64,000 bases of DNA from Vulcanimicrobiota bacterium (GTDB lineage Bacteria > Vulcanimicrobiota > Vulcanimicrobiia > Eremiobacterales > Eremiobacteraceae), in NCBI GenBank assembly GCA_963812135.1, contig CAWETU010000001.1:64001-128000 (forward strand), in the 5' to 3' direction. Each line of letters begins with the position of its first letter. The first letter of the stretch is position 1. Made by a program: the position numbers and the translations under genes. Positions 61,221 through 64,000 of this stretch are shown piece after piece. The notes under the pieces were generated by a model. That model did no database searches. It was not told the DNA's origin and saw only the letters and a program-made list of their open reading frames with translations.

Positions 61221-64000
<2,780 letters not shown>

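Overview
GC-rich bacterial chromosome segment. The gene content (TonB-dependent receptor, Lgt/LspA, CsaB-DUF5693, DivIVA/SepF) fits a diderm Terrabacteria lineage, plausibly Eremiobacterota/Vulcanimicrobiota; this is an inference, not a database result. In order: a sulfatase/FGE/SulP cluster; a flgF-flgG-flgJ-fliA mini-operon; a housekeeping block (divIVA, sepF, yggS, tgt, rluD, lspA, ccdA, lgt, ileS, site-2 protease, csaB); a PucR-type-regulated putrescine/GABA catabolic locus linked to a TonB-dependent receptor, a Tat-type amine oxidase and permeases; three tRNAs (Val, Glu, Ile2) with accessory genes; eno, ndk, birA; two beta-propeller lipoproteins; a 2-oxoacid dehydrogenase/lipB/lipA operon; an orphan phage-tail-tube-like gene; ALDH, thiolase, NUDIX, archaemetzincin, acpS, nnr and the start of ligA. 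Many genes, including ileS, carry single-base indels, most likely long-read assembly errors. Most notable: (1) integrase-free single-gene cassettes stacked behind duplicated 3' ends of core genes, at tRNA-Glu and at lipA; (2) a stand-alone contractile-injection-type tube protein with a signal-peptide-like leader; (3) a putative TonB-dependent polyamine utilisation locus whose two promoters share identical operator/-10 geometry; (4) a circularly permuted CcdA.
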